64,000 nt of DNA, taken from the IMG/VR virus record IMGVR_UViG_3300012936_003490, positions 1 to 64,000 of that record, one strand, 5' to 3'. The notes beneath the pieces were generated by a model, which did no database searches, was not told the origin of the DNA, and saw only the letters and a list, made by a program, of their open reading frames with translations. Source of the stretch: a virus. Both the position numbers and the translations under genes were made by a program. Shown piece after piece: positions 42,344 through 56,000 of this stretch; the stretch's first letter is position 1; each line of letters opens with the position of its first letter.

Positions 42344-44266
42344 TTACGGATATGTTACTGTGCTATTGTGCGTCCACACGCCCCCTGTTATTGTAAATGT
42401 CATTGTATACCTTGCTGGTGTCAATGACACAGTTCCTGATGCAGTATTTGTAGCAGTAATATCTTGTATCACTGTTTGGTTTTGCGTTCCTGCACTATCT
42501 ACTGCAATGCTTGATTTTTGTAGTGTCTTTGTTGCATCTGGTGATGTTCCTACAGACACATTTATTCCACTAACTGTAGCAGAAGCATATGATGTACAAT
42601 GTATTTTTGCAACTTTACCGTTGGATGCTCCGGATGCAGTGTATATGCTGTTCAACACACTTCTTACATCAGTAATCGGTCCACTTGCTGTTCCTGCTGG
42701 ATCAGGTGTTGAAAAACCTGTAATATCAAGAGAAAACGCAATATTTTCTGTTGTAACAGTATTATCAACATATCCTTTGTTTGCAACATCAACAGCAACA
42801 GTAGGATCAGCTACGCCTGTTATTTTTTGTGAATTAATTGTAATATCGCCAGTTGAAGTAATATTCAACGCACCTGGGGAACTTATACTTCCCACCGCGG
42901 CATTTCCTGAAACAGTCAAACTGCTTAATGTACCAACACTTGTAAGTGAACTATTTACAACCCCGCTTCCAAGTGTTGTTGCCGTCAAAACATTATTGTT
43001 GTTGATTCTAAAAGACTTACCTAATTCAAGATCAATATTCTGATTGCTTGTAAAGTTTCCTGTTGCATTACGCCATACAAAATCTTTACTACCGTTTAAA
43101 CTATTAACAACAAAGCCGCCGCCATCAACTTGTGCGTCTGTCAATTCAGTAGAATCTTCAGATACACCTAAATTAATTTGCGGATCTTGGATACGCATTT
43201 GTTCTGTATCAACTGCAAAAGTAGTACCAGTAATAATTAGGTTTCCTGCAACTGTAAGATCTCCTGTAAATCTGCCACTGCCGGTAATGTCTAATTCAAC
43301 TGTAGGTGTTGTTTGAAAAAGTCCAAATCTACTATTACTTGCATCAAAATGTAAAGCAGGAATCTGATCGTTTCCGACTAATCTTCGTAATTGGAAGTCT
43401 TGGTTTTGCTCTAATAAATCAATCACTGTAGTTGTATCATTATCAAGCACTTTGAAAACACCGTATTGTGTGTCCCCTACACCAACTTTAAGTCCGGTGA
43501 TTCCTTTTACAAACAGTCCACCTTCCATAGTCTGGTCAACAATTAAATTTTGATTATCACGTTCATTTGTTCTAACAAAATCTGTAGAACTATAATTTAC
43601 ACCATTTGAATCAACAAGGTTTTCAGCTGTTGATGCTATACCATTCCAACGATATGCAACATTATCTCCATTGTCAATTTCATATAAAGGATTGAATCCT
43701 ACCTTTATCAATCTACCGCTTGCATACGGTAATAATGTATCATCTGCTCTAGGTGTAAATTGCACATGGCTGTGTATACCTACAAGATTACCTTGTATAT
43801 ACTGTGCAAGCACCGCTCTAATCCTACCAGCAGTGTCAATCATTGTAATCGCTTCTAAAGAAGTTTTTCCTTGTGCAGAGCTATATGGCGGACCTACTAG
43901 AACTAAATCTGTACCATCATAAAAATAAAGTTTGTTTTCTTCATTGTTTATCCACAAATCACCTGCTATCATATTTGGTTGAGTTGCGCTTACAATCGGC
44001 CCACCCGCAATTCTAAAAGTATCTCCGTTATATACTTTTAAGCGTTCAGTGCTTTTGTCATACCATAGTTGTCCTGCTAATGGATTTGACGGCGTAGATG
44101 TAGAAGCAAAATTTTCTAAAAGTTTTATGTAATTTTCATTAAGGAATTCTCCAAAACCTTTGTAATTTCGTCCAACTAGTATTAAATCTGAGCTAGTATT
44201 ATCAATTATACCGTCTTGTAATTCAACAAGTAAAGTGCCGTCTGTTTTATTAAGTTTATAACTCAT
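42344..44266 (-). CDS. tail fibre / baseplate-associated protein
   Basis: Same LLENFA N-terminal domain; SSLTSVGTLSSLTV and ITGVADPT...DVANKGYVD fibre motifs. Confidence 0.75.
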   Translation of the reverse strand: MSYKLNKTDGTLLVELQDGIIDNTSSDLILVGRNYKGFGEFLNENYIKLLENFASTSTPSNPLAGQLWYDKSTERLKVYNGDTFRIAGGPIVSATQPNMIAGDLWINNEENKLYFYDGTDLVLVGPPYSSAQGKTSLEAITMIDTAGRIRAVLAQYIQGNLVGIHSHVQFTPRADDTLLPYASGRLIKVGFNPLYEIDNGDNVAYRWNGIASTAENLVDSNGVNYSSTDFVRTNERDNQNLIVDQTMEGGLFVKGITGLKVGVGDTQYGVFKVLDNDTTTVIDLLEQNQDFQLRRLVGNDQIPALHFDASNSRFGLFQTTPTVELDITGSGRFTGDLTVAGNLIITGTTFAVDTEQMRIQDPQINLGVSEDSTELTDAQVDGGGFVVNSLNGSKDFVWRNATGNFTSNQNIDLELGKSFRINNNNVLTATTLGSGVVNSSLTSVGTLSSLTVSGNAAVGSISSPGALNITSTGDITINSQKITGVADPTVAVDVANKGYVDNTVTTENIAFSLDITGFSTPDPAGTASGPITDVRSVLNSIYTASGASNGKVAKIHCTSYASATVSGINVSVGTSPDATKTLQKSSIAVDSAGTQNQTVIQDITATNTASGTVSLTPARYTMTFTITGGVWTHNSTVTYP

Positions 44267-46374
44267 GCTACTACTCCAGTATAAATCAAGTAATTAATTG
44301 TTTGGTAGGGATTCATAACATTTAACGGATCACTTGCTGAGTTAGTCCTATCAACACCACCACTCTTTTCAATAGTTTGTGATGGAGTATCATTAGGAGT
44401 CTCAGTGACTTCAATCCTGCTAAGATCAGCATCTCCTGGTTTATCTCCTTGTGTTCCATCAATCGCTCTAACAAGATTGAACTGTGTTCCGTTTTCACTA
44501 GTCAAATCATGTTCGTGTTCTGGTAAATTTTCTAATTCAATTGAACGTGTAGGTAATCCGTCTACAGATCCTATTGTTTGAGCATTAAGTTCTCTATTCC
44601 TGTTATCAGGATCTGGATCTGGTGGTATAGGTGGATTAGTTCCGCCCATGTACACATTACCTAATGGAAATCTACCTCTCAAATCAGGCAATATAAAGTT
44701 TCCTGTTGTAGGCTCAGCACCGTAACTAAATCCAATTAACTGGAAAAGGCTGTTGTATGTGCCTTGACTTAATTCTTGTCCATTGCAAAATTTCCAACCC
44801 GGTGGTTCAATATTTCCTGCATATGGCATAACACTACCTACAGGCGCTAGTCCAGCAATATTAGAAAACAAAGTTTGTCGTGATATTCTTCTTAAGCCTG
44901 TGCTTTGACCGCTTATCCTATCTATTAAAAATTCATCATTTGATAAACTGTCGTTTACTTGATCTTTACTTGAAATAATTGTATTTTTAATTGAAAGATC
45001 AAAGGTTTTTAGTGTACCACCAGTGGTGCCGTCAAACACCTGTTCTGAGGTTTCTACATCTCCTGTAATTCTAAATGTTGTAGGAGTATTAAGTTTTTCT
45101 GCACTTCCTGCTGTTCCAGAAGCATTACCTAATAATGTTCCTTCAAGAGTTCCGAAGAATGTTGTTGCATGTATTTCGCGCCATTTGTTAGAATCACTAC
45201 CTATGTTACGCGAATTGTTAATATCAGGCATTATAAGTTCACTTTCAGGTGTATCAACAATTAAGTTGTTGTTACCTAATGTAATGCCTTTTTGTATAAT
45301 AATATTTTCACCTACATTTAAAGTTTTAGCAATACCAGCGCCACCTTTGACTACAAGACTGCCTGTACTAATATTTGTACTTTCAGTCACATCATTCAAT
45401 TTTATTTTTCCGCTAGTTTGTAAATTTCCTGTAATATCAAGTGCTTCGTCAGGCGCTTCATTATTGATGCCTACTCGCAGACTACTATCTACACGCAATA
45501 CTGTATTGCTAGATCCTGAATTACGAACACGCATATCAATATTAGATCCTTCGATATTGTGTTGTATAACTCCTGCACTACCTTCAATACCTATACCTAA
45601 TTCACCGTTTATACCGTAAGATATACCTGCGTTGTTTTGAATATTTAATGGGACTGTTGCTGTAGATTCAACATCTCCACGTAAAAAGTTAGAAGATGGA
45701 ACTGCAAGATCATTAACAATTAAGTTTTCAGCTCTTTCTGCAATTCCATAAAATTTAACATTATTGATACCGTCACCGTCTGTATCTCTGCTTGCTAAAT
45801 TAATTCCAGGTTTAACTACTGTAAACCCAGGAATAGTTGCTTTAGGTGTAAATTCATCAAATGCAATAAGTGCAACAATGTTTGCATTTACTTCAACTTG
45901 TATTACTTTATGATCAATATTATCTTGTCCAACAATAGTTGCTGGTGATGTTCCTGTCGTTAATCCGTCACTAAATTCTGGACCTACAAGTATCCAACCC
46001 GATCCACTAAACAAATATAACTGTTGCGTTTCGGAATTTGCCCATAAATCGCCTGCTGTGGCTTCGGTTCCGTCTGGTTGGCTAGCACTTTTGATTAGTC
46101 CTCCTGCTGGCTTAAAGCGTGTGCCATCATATACTAACAATTCATTTCTTGTAGCCGAATCATTAAACCATAGTTGTCCTTTAGTTGGGTTGTCTGGTTC
46201 TGTTGCATTTGAAAAATTTTCAAGTAAGTGAAGTAAAGATTCTGCAATAACTTGTCCGTATCCTGAACTGCCCTTGCCAGGAATACCTATACTTGTGCTA
46301 CGGTTAATAGTACCGTCTTCAACTATAACAGGGTCTTTGTCAGCACTATTTGTAAATTGTATTGTATATGCCAT
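44263..46374 (-). CDS. tail fibre protein with phage tail-collar domain
   Basis: LLENFS N-terminal domain; PVGSVMPYAG...GWKFCNGQ...LPDLRGRFPLG tail-collar motif; NPYQTINYLIYTG terminus. Confidence 0.85.
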   Translation of the reverse strand: MAYTIQFTNSADKDPVIVEDGTINRSTSIGIPGKGSSGYGQVIAESLLHLLENFSNATEPDNPTKGQLWFNDSATRNELLVYDGTRFKPAGGLIKSASQPDGTEATAGDLWANSETQQLYLFSGSGWILVGPEFSDGLTTGTSPATIVGQDNIDHKVIQVEVNANIVALIAFDEFTPKATIPGFTVVKPGINLASRDTDGDGINNVKFYGIAERAENLIVNDLAVPSSNFLRGDVESTATVPLNIQNNAGISYGINGELGIGIEGSAGVIQHNIEGSNIDMRVRNSGSSNTVLRVDSSLRVGINNEAPDEALDITGNLQTSGKIKLNDVTESTNISTGSLVVKGGAGIAKTLNVGENIIIQKGITLGNNNLIVDTPESELIMPDINNSRNIGSDSNKWREIHATTFFGTLEGTLLGNASGTAGSAEKLNTPTTFRITGDVETSEQVFDGTTGGTLKTFDLSIKNTIISSKDQVNDSLSNDEFLIDRISGQSTGLRRISRQTLFSNIAGLAPVGSVMPYAGNIEPPGWKFCNGQELSQGTYNSLFQLIGFSYGAEPTTGNFILPDLRGRFPLGNVYMGGTNPPIPPDPDPDNRNRELNAQTIGSVDGLPTRSIELENLPEHEHDLTSENGTQFNLVRAIDGTQGDKPGDADLSRIEVTETPNDTPSQTIEKSGGVDRTNSASDPLNVMNPYQTINYLIYTGVVA

Positions 46375-46378
46375 CTAC

Positions 46379-46993
46379 TTACCCCTCGTTAAATCCAGTT
46401 AAACTTTGTACTCTTACTGTGTAATCTATTTGAATCAATCTATTCAAGGATTTTTGTACAGGATGAAAAATGACATGTGTAAGTAATCTTCCACTACCTG
46501 ATGCGCTGTATGCCTTCAATCCTAATTCGTCAAAAACATATAAACTATTATTATCTGTTGCTGTATCAAAGGCATCTTGTCCTGACGGCTCACCGTAGTC
46601 TAAAAGACAAGTTACAATTATATCAGTATAATTAGTTCCACTTACATGACGTGTTTCAATTTTATTTCTAGCAGGATCTAAATTGTTAACACTTCTGTCA
46701 TCTACAACTTTTGTAAACGTTTCATTATACAAACTTGCATTTGTACCAGTAGAGTTTGGCGTAAGGTATGTTATAATTCCTGTAGGGTCAACACTTGTAC
46801 CACCGTTTCCAAATCCCATTTCATAAATCCAACCTGTTCCACCGTTTCCTAAACTTTCTGCAAGGCTTATACTCATATTTTCATAATGAATAGCATTGCG
46901 TTTATCGACTAGAACTTCGCCAGATTCTGGATTATGTATCTTAATGTGTCCTTGTATTAACACACCACTTTTTTCGTTTATTTTATCTGTCAT
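46379..46993 (-). CDS. virion structural protein (baseplate-associated)
   Basis: Located among structural genes; FDELGL...LLTHVIFHPVQKS motif; TAAATA at 47016-47021 lies upstream. Confidence 0.65.
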   Translation of the reverse strand: MTDKINEKSGVLIQGHIKIHNPESGEVLVDKRNAIHYENMSISLAESLGNGGTGWIYEMGFGNGGTSVDPTGIITYLTPNSTGTNASLYNETFTKVVDDRSVNNLDPARNKIETRHVSGTNYTDIIVTCLLDYGEPSGQDAFDTATDNNSLYVFDELGLKAYSASGSGRLLTHVIFHPVQKSLNRLIQIDYTVRVQSLTGFNEG

Positions 46994-47018
46994 AGTTTAT
47001 ACCATCCTGCTGTTGTAT

Positions 47019-50000
47019 TTATCGCGGTAAGTCAACTGTTGCGGCACGTAAGAATTTAGCAATGTTAGAATCACTATCTCCTAACGATATTCCGGGATCT
47101 GTCCATAATTTTCCTTGTCGTCTTACAACTATTATTTTTGTGTTTAAAATAGGAGGAGTAGATAACACTAAATCATTGCCATTTATAGTAAATTCTGGCG
47201 CTAATGTTTCATCTCCTTCTGGACTATCTTGTGCTATAGGATCTCCCCCAAACACATAACTGCTTATACTATTTTTCCTCAAACGTTTTCCTGCAACAAA
47301 TACTTCAAATTCGTTGACATTGTTGGGTGTAAAATCTAATGGATATTGTGTAGATGTACCATCAGCTGTAAGTATAGTTGTTAATGTTTCATCTTTGTAT
47401 GGCATCACAGAATCTGGTCCTGAATCAAATACTTTTGTACCTTTGGCATACACATCTGCAACACCAGTACCTAATGTTCCTCTTCTAAACTGACTAATAA
47501 CATTTCCGTTTCTTACAAAATATTCAATACGTTCTTTGTCAATAAAGATTACTGCTGGAATTCTAGCGCCTGCCTCTGGTGCAGGTAAATTGTCTCCGTT
47601 TATTACAGTTATACTCTGATCATATTGATGAAGATCTACAGCAAGAGTAACGTTGTCTTCATCTGAAATACGCTTGTATGCAGTTTTATTCATCATATCT
47701 TTAAATTGTGACCATCCATATCTATTTCTTGTTAAGGGTGCCGCAAAATGTATTACTTGAACTACATCATTTTGATTAATTTCTGACTCTATTTTGACAT
47801 ATAACTTGTTATCTGTAACATAGTAATTTACACTCGGAGTAAGTAATTCGCCGTTGATTGTTACCCATACATACTGAGCATCAACTGCTGGTTTATTAAG
47901 TTTTATTAATCCGTTTTGCAGATGTAAATATTTTTGATATGCATCTGTTCCTGGCGTCAATGTAATCCTATCAATAACATCGTATTCTATACGCTGAATA
48001 TCTTGGTAATCATGATTTGTAAATTGATATATTTTGATATCTGTATTTTCTGCAAACGTTGTATCAAAATGTATTTGGCTAGGAGTTTCTATAAAATCAT
48101 TATTGTTTGGATCAAAATATCCAAATCTGTATTCTCCGGTATCCATAACAAATATATCTAAATTATCTCCATCTTTTTGATCTACATCTGTTCTTAAGCG
48201 TAGTAATGTTTTACTTCCAACAGTCAAACTGTATTGATCACTGGTAAGTCTGTTTCCGTTTAGGTATACCTGCATCTTCTTTGCGCTAAGTGTACCTGGA
48301 GGGAACTGCCAAGTCTCCATTTCATATTCAATTTTTGTTTCTATTGCAGAAATGCGTAGTGAATATCCTGCATTTAATATCTGATTGCCAGCTTTCACAA
48401 TTGTTTTGTATGATCCTGGTTGTTGTGTCCCTGGTGTTTGTGTTAAACTGTAAATAGTTGTACTTCCGTCAGCAATAATATTTTGTATGTTAACTTCACT
48501 GTAATTTTTTATATCTTCATCTGCATCAAATATTGCAAAGCGTATCACATCACCAACCACAGGAGGTTGAGCAAAACGTATTACAACGTTTCCGGCAATA
48601 CCATCTTTATCAATAGTACTTTCTTCAAACGAATTATCTATTGTATTTCCATTTAGACTTACTATATTTTGTAGTTCGTCTTTATATCTTACATTTGTAA
48701 CAAATCTTGCTGTACTGCCATCTGCAATTATAGTATCTATGTCTAATATTTCTGCGCCACTTACATCTAGTGTTACAATGTTTAATATTTTATTTGCAGT
48801 AGGTGCGGTAGAAAACACTATTTCATTTGTAGAGTAATCTACAGTATAATTAGTAACTATGATATTATCTATTTTTACAAATACATTTATATTTGCTATT
48901 GGTGTTGTGCCGATTGCAAAATTAGTTGTTGTACCATCTGTCTCATAAACACAAGACACTATATTGCTTGCACCTCCTCTAGGCTTTTCATAAACTTTTA
49001 TATCCACTGTATCAAGAACTTGGCCTGGTATTTGTTCTTCTGGTCCGGCACTTGTTGTAGGCGTTACAAATCCGTCGCCGTCAATAGTAATATCCCCACT
49101 TGCAATACCTGTTGCTGTTGAATAATTTAAGTTTCCACCTTGTAGAATACTATCATAAGTTTGTTCGTTTGGTAAGAATGTACCATCACTTGTAGACTTA
49201 CGAATAATTAGTACATCACCATCACCAACCTGTATTACTGCACCAGTATTGTTACCTAAAGGATCGTAAGTTTGTACTTTAAAATCATCTAAGAACATTG
49301 TTTGTGTTATGCCGTCACCTATAAGGCTTGTCATAATAGCATTTGGATTAGTAGTAACAGTGCTACCATCGTAATTAGGATCATCCAATCTTACATTATT
49401 TTTATATACGTGATATTCTACACCTTGTTCCAAAGGTTTATTTAATTGTATTTCGACAGTGCTTCCATCAAATTCAAATATTTCATCCTCAAATGTATTA
49501 TCATAAGTGTCCCAAGTTGATTCAAAGTAATTATCTGTGTCCCAACCTTGTGATTGTTCAAAACCAAAACTCTTAACCTCAACTCCACCATAGTCTATAC
49601 CGGTCATAAGTTGACCTAGTGATTTACCTAATTGTCCTTTTTGAGGATTATATAGTTTTTCGATCCTGTCAGGTGCATGGAACAGCTCTGCAGATATCTT
49701 ATATGTTATTACAATAGTTTCTTCTTTGTTAGGTTTTTCAACAAATTCTATTCTACCAAAATATCTCTCATATGTAGCGTCTTTATCTAATATATTTTCG
49801 TATGTGTATTCGTTACTTAATAGTTCAATATTATTTTTTGTTACGATAACATTAGTGATATCTAAATCTATAGGCCATTTAAGATCAAACTGGAATTCGC
49901 TTCCAGATGCTGTAAATGTCTCAGTTTTATCAATATTTGTATAAACATAAGTTCCTGAGGTTCTATCAAATTTTACTGTTGTTTTGATTCCTCTGACAGG

Positions 50001-53000
50001 ACTATTTCCTATCTGTACACTAAATGTTGCCGGACGTCCGCCATCTAAAATATTTCCATTCACAACAACTCTTGGAACACTATAGTATCCAGAACCAGGA
50101 GCCAAAACATCAACACCTGTGACATTACCTTTAGTTCCAATGTAACTTTTTAGAACAGTACCAGATCCGCCGCCGCCTTCTAATGTAATTTGCGGTGGAT
50201 TTGTATAACCTGCTCCTTGATCTACTGGTGTAACCTTGACAACATTGTATGTGCTATTATCTAACCAGTTTTTATTAGGATATGTTTCTAAATCTGTGTT
50301 TGTTCCAACAAGTGTATCTTGGATTACTTTTACATCTTGTGGTATTATTTTACCTGCTATTTCATTATAAGACGCAGGTAAATCAAAATCAGTTGTAACT
50401 GTTTGTGTAGGATCCAAGCCTTCATATGCACTCAAATATTCTCTAATTTTAGTGCTAAAAGGTTTTACTTCTTTTACATATGCTTCGTAACTAGGTAAAT
50501 TGTCATTATTAAAAGTAATATCTTCTCTAAGTTGTCCAACATTATGCTTGGCCTTAATGAAACTAGTTTTAAATGCCCAATCAACGTATGTCTGTTCTGC
50601 AAACACATATCTTATGCCTGCAAAAAATGCTTTGTTAAATTCTACAAGTAATTCGTCTACAAATAAATCATCTCGTATAGCTTCTAAAATAATTCTAAGC
50701 TCTGTTGTAGGCTCACTATCAAATATTTTCGTATCAAAACTAATGCTGTCGTATCCTGTAAAGCCTGCTGTAACATCATATAAATTATTTTTAAATTTTA
50801 CAGTTCCGTTTTGTCTACCTATTGTTTTATAATTAATGCTGTAATCTTCTGTATCGAAATCAAATTCTTTTTCTATTAATAGCCAACCGCCTGTGCCAAT
50901 ATTAGCAATCTTAACAACTGAACCAATAGGATTATCTAGTGCAGTAAGCTCATAACTAAAATCAATAAGATAATCTATATCTGTGCTTTCATTGTAGCCT
51001 TTTGCATACCAGTCAATATAATCCCAATACAGTGTTGTATTAAATGCTTGACTTTGCAATCTATTCCATTTTTTATCTTCAATTAAGCGTTCATAAAGGC
51101 TCCATTTACCTTGTAAAGTCTCATCATTAGTTACAAGAACTGCAAAGTTTCTCGCTGTAGCGATAGACGAATCACTGTAATTACTACCTGATTCTAAAAT
51201 TTCCACTTCTATTATTTTTCCTTGCGAGTCAATCACTGCTTGCAATTCTGCGCCGCTACCTGTACCGGATACAGTAATTTTAGGTGCATATCTATAACCA
51301 TAACCTTGATTGATTACTTCAACTCTGATTATTTTTCCGTTTTCAATAATAGGTTGCAAGATAGGTTTTTGTAATAAGTTAGTACCAATTGTTTCAATAT
51401 CTGATAATGTAGCAATTTCAACATCGTACAATCCGCTTGTTGTTGTAGGTATAGGTTGCTTGCGGTTCAATTCACTTATGTTTTTGTCGTCAACAATAAT
51501 ATTATCTTTAAGAACTAGATTTACCCTTTCAATAAATTGTTTTAACGCTTCATTTTTATTTTTGAACCATCCTTGTCTTGGTCTATACAATGTTCCGTAT
51601 TTTTCTTTTTCGCTGAGTGTAGGATCAGGAACAATTCTGCCTTGTGCGTCATATCCTATCAAACTATCAAACCATTTTTTTACAATGTCTGGATTTGGTT
51701 GACTTGTTTCTAAACCTTCACTAACAATTTGATACTGATTATGAATATTTTGCTGTTGATTTTCTATAGTCCAAAATTGCACGTTTAGCGCAACATCTGT
51801 GCCTTTAATAAGATTATCACAATTGTTAATTACAAATTTTTCTGGACTTATGAAAGAAATAAATTTATGTCCTTTTATAAACGGATCTTCTATATATTCT
51901 CTGACTTCTTTAATACTAATATTTCTAAATTCTAAATCAGGTGCTATAGTCTTTTCTGTTACCCAGAAATAATAATTAGTTTTGAAAGTCTTAGCTACTT
52001 CATCGTACACTTTTCTAGTCGAATATGCATTGTCACCATAAAGACTCTGGCCACTATAACCTTTGTTGAATCCTGCTTCTGTATCTGCTTGAGCGTCCCA
52101 TTCACTAGGCACAACATCAGACTCTACCCATTCATAAATGTCAATAGTGTTTCCTTGAAATACCCTATTCCAATTGTTTGTTGCATATTCAATAGTCCCT
52201 TGATAAGGATTATAAAATTTTGCATTTGTAAGGTTCCACCAAACTTCGCCAACTCTTTCTGGCCCCCAAGATGCACTGGTATCTCTTGTAGCTCTTGAGT
52301 CACGACTCGCTGTATACACAGCAGGATCATAATAGGTTTTGTAGGTTAGTTCTTGTTCGGCAGGGCCTGCAACTTTTCCTTGGATAGGATCAATATAGTC
52401 TAGATATGTAAGTAGCTCATTATTTTCTGTATCATATAAAAATACTTTTTTAATCTTTTCTATGTTAACAGTTTCATTTGACTTTCTATGTGTAATCCAC
52501 ATATCTGTGTTTTCCAACATGCTAAAATCAATTAATTGACCTTCTTTGCCTGAAATTATTTTATTAGGTAAGCCTACATATAAATGGTTATTGTTGGCAT
52601 ATATGTTTCTTCCAAAAGTGTTTACATCACTGTCAGGAATTTGAATAGTTTGAGCATACAACATACCCTGTGCAGTCTTTTCGTAAACGTAAATTACACC
52701 TGTATCGTTTTGGTATTCTACAAATTCTGTAAATGATCCGTCAAAAACTGTTTGTGGAATAGTGTTACCTGCTTCGGTGCCGTCAAATGTTGTTTTTTGT
52801 ATACTATCTGCATTTCTTGATGTAATATGTAGTTTATTATCGCTGTATTGTAAGCGCCAGCCGAATTTTTCTGCTCTCTCATCATTAGGACTACGTAGTT
52901 CTTGTAACAAAGTAAATACGCCAGCTACTTGGCTGTAAATAAACACTTTACCTTGATCTTGTTTATAATCATCATTAAATGGCGCACTAATTGCAATATA

Positions 53001-56000
53001 CATACCGTCATCTGAAATAGCAATGTCATGTCCAAATCCGCTTGTACTATCCGGTGCTTGAATTTCTTGGCTTCTCTCGTAGAATCCGTTATTCAATCTA
53101 TATACTACAATTTGGTTAGGTTTAGTATTATCATAAATTGCGCTGGCAATTAATACTTCGCCGTTTTTATTTTTATCAAATTGCTCACCAAAAGCAGATA
53201 ATAATTGTTGATCTAAAACAGTGCTTCCATCAGTACTATCGTTAACTACACTTGTGCCTGAATCGTTAGGAATATATCCTACATAATCTATTAAATCATC
53301 TGTGCTAGTCCAGTCATTAAAATCAAAAATGCCTGGCGCAAGATTAGTTTTTGCTGTATATAAAACACCAGTGCCGACTGCCGCTGGATTCTCTCTATAA
53401 ACAATATCACCTGTCAAATAGGTAATTGTTTCATCAAAAGATCCTTTGAATTTTTTATTTTTTGCGTATTCCCATGTATACGTAATACCATTCTCTTCGC
53501 CATTTTTTATAAAGTAAATTCTTCCAGGATTTGACTGCGTTTGTGTGCCTTTGGCATGTACAAATAATCTATACAAATTATTATTTTTTGTAAAGTTTAC
53601 GTCATTGCCTAATAAGAAATTACTTTGCTTTTCAGGTACAGTATATGAACCTATAGGGTCATATCTTCCTGGCGCTGATCTACTGTAAATATTGTACAAT
53701 CCTTCATTAGTAAGTCCACTAGGAGTACCAGTTACGTCTGTTGGAATTTTGTAAACACCTTCCCATTCATTATTTGAACTACTAGGTATATTTGCAGTTC
53801 TAGGAATACCTAAAACGTTTCCTTCTTGATACATCCAATATTCAATATCAATTAATTCTTCTTCAGCAGACAATGAAATATTTGCTGGTGCTTCAAACAC
53901 TAATAATTTACCTATGTCTCCTGGTGCATATCCCAAAGAAACTGATTGTATATCACCCATCACACGATCAACTTGGTAGGTTACGTCTGGATCTGACGGA
54001 GTGCCTATAAATTCAATTTGAGCATTTTGTCCGTATACGTTACCAACACTAAAATCACCAACAAGATTTTTTACAAAAATGGTTGCATCTAAAGAATTAC
54101 GTTGATAGAATATAACCGATGCTGTTGCACCTGTGTTAACATCTCTTACAGTATCTCCAACCCTAGGTTCAAATGGTTCTCCGTTTACATCAAATGCAGT
54201 AAATTGGAAATTAATATATCCATCCCACAAATCGTAAACTTGTCTTGAAGTATTTGTAACTGCTGTTGTCAATCCTATAGTAGTCAGATCTAAAAAGTTG
54301 CCAGTTGTGTATTGAGGTAATTGATTTACATACACACTTACAGTATCTCCAGGAGATAATGTGTCTGATAACGTTTTTGGTGCTCTCATAACGTATAGGT
54401 TGCTAGAGAATGTATCATTACTACCCCCTGCACCTGGAAGACCTCTATACGTAAGTGTTCTTATTATGCTATTTTGGACATTCAAACTACTGATGTCAGT
54501 TGTTGCAGTATCTAAACTATTAAAGTAGTATCTACCGGTAGGAGTGCTATCACTAATAACATCATAGTAAACAATGCCTAAACCTTTATCTAAATTTTGA
54601 GTCAAATCTGTAGGAGTATATGACGGTGTGTCAATGTACCAAAATCCTCCCCAAACATCGTTTGTGTCTACAGTATCTATAGGTGCTTGTTTTATAAAAG
54701 ATCCTATAAAGTCTCCGTCTGACCTAAAAATACTATCAGTAGTATTGAAAGATCCATTTACGTTGCTCATGTATAAAACTGCTTTTGCTCCTGATGATCC
54801 AACATAGTCAACAGTACCTGTAGCAGTTCCTGTTGATAATTGGTCTCCTACATTTGGGGTGTTCACAATCTCAGGTAAAAACAATACAACATCAACTTTC
54901 TTTTGTATGGTATGTTCTAAAGTTAAAAATGCGTCTGTTATAGGAGTATGATCGCCTCCAAATGGAGCTCTTGCTTCGAGTGCATTTAGATCTTGGTTTG
55001 CGTATGTCTTTGTATTCCAGGCAATTTTGATTTGATCATTAATACCACTACCTTCGTATTGTACTTTTGGAGCACGTATTAATATATGATCCGTTGCCAC
55101 ACCATTGAACGCATATTGATTTGATACCGTGTCAATTGAATAATTACCTACCAGAACAACAGGTATATTATAAGTACCAGTTGTTGCATTTTCTAGTCCT
55201 AGTTCAAATATGGTTTGAGTAACAGAATTAAAACTACTAAATTGAATGTTGTCTACAGCACCTGATATGTCAACTACTGCCCTCCATAACTGTCCGTCTT
55301 TTTGAACTATACTGCTTTTACTGTAATTTACAGTATCTACAAATGCTCCAGCATATTTTGTTTTAACATTACTTGCATTAGGAGAACCAATTACAGCATA
55401 AGCTCCATCAGGACTAATTGCAACACTTTTTCCAAATTTTTCGCCTGCATCTCCCCAACCACTTGGTTCTAATACTTGACTTAGTGTGTATGATAGTCTA
55501 TTTGTAGGCCTAAAGTAAACATATACTTTACCATCTCCTTGGTCCGGGGCACCTATCATCAGTGTTGTATTTCTGTCATCGGACGAAATTGATGTTCCAA
55601 AATTTATTTCAGTGCCGCTTTCAAGATTTGCTATACGCATTTGTTCTGAGAAGTTATTCTTATTCTTTAATACTCCCCATTCTTTATTATCATTAAGTTC
55701 GTCAATCCAAATTAAATCTTCGCCTACAAGATTATTCTGTGCAATACTATTTGCTTCATCTACATTAAGGGCTCTTACTTGTAAAAATTCTGTCAAGCTA
55801 CCTAGACATTTTTCAATATCATCTTCAATAGGAGCAGAAGTAGCAAGTGTTAGTATATTTCTTGAAATATCTAAAATTTTATAAAAGTCACTGAACGGAT
55901 ACTTATTTGTTACTACACCTTCAACAGTGCTGTCTTCAAATCCTTCTATTACATCATACACACTATGCATGCCAATTATTTGTCCTTTAGACAAGGTATT

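Noticed and set aside
42360-45619. Long plus-strand ORFs (227 aa, 198 aa and others) opposite tail-fibre genes, and similar antisense ORFs elsewhere
   Set aside because: Antisense shadows produced by biased G/T/A-rich codon usage; no motifs or RBS.
52124-52330. 68-aa +1-frame ORF inside the giant gene
   Set aside because: No SD and no clear transmembrane segment; expected by chance in 15 kb.
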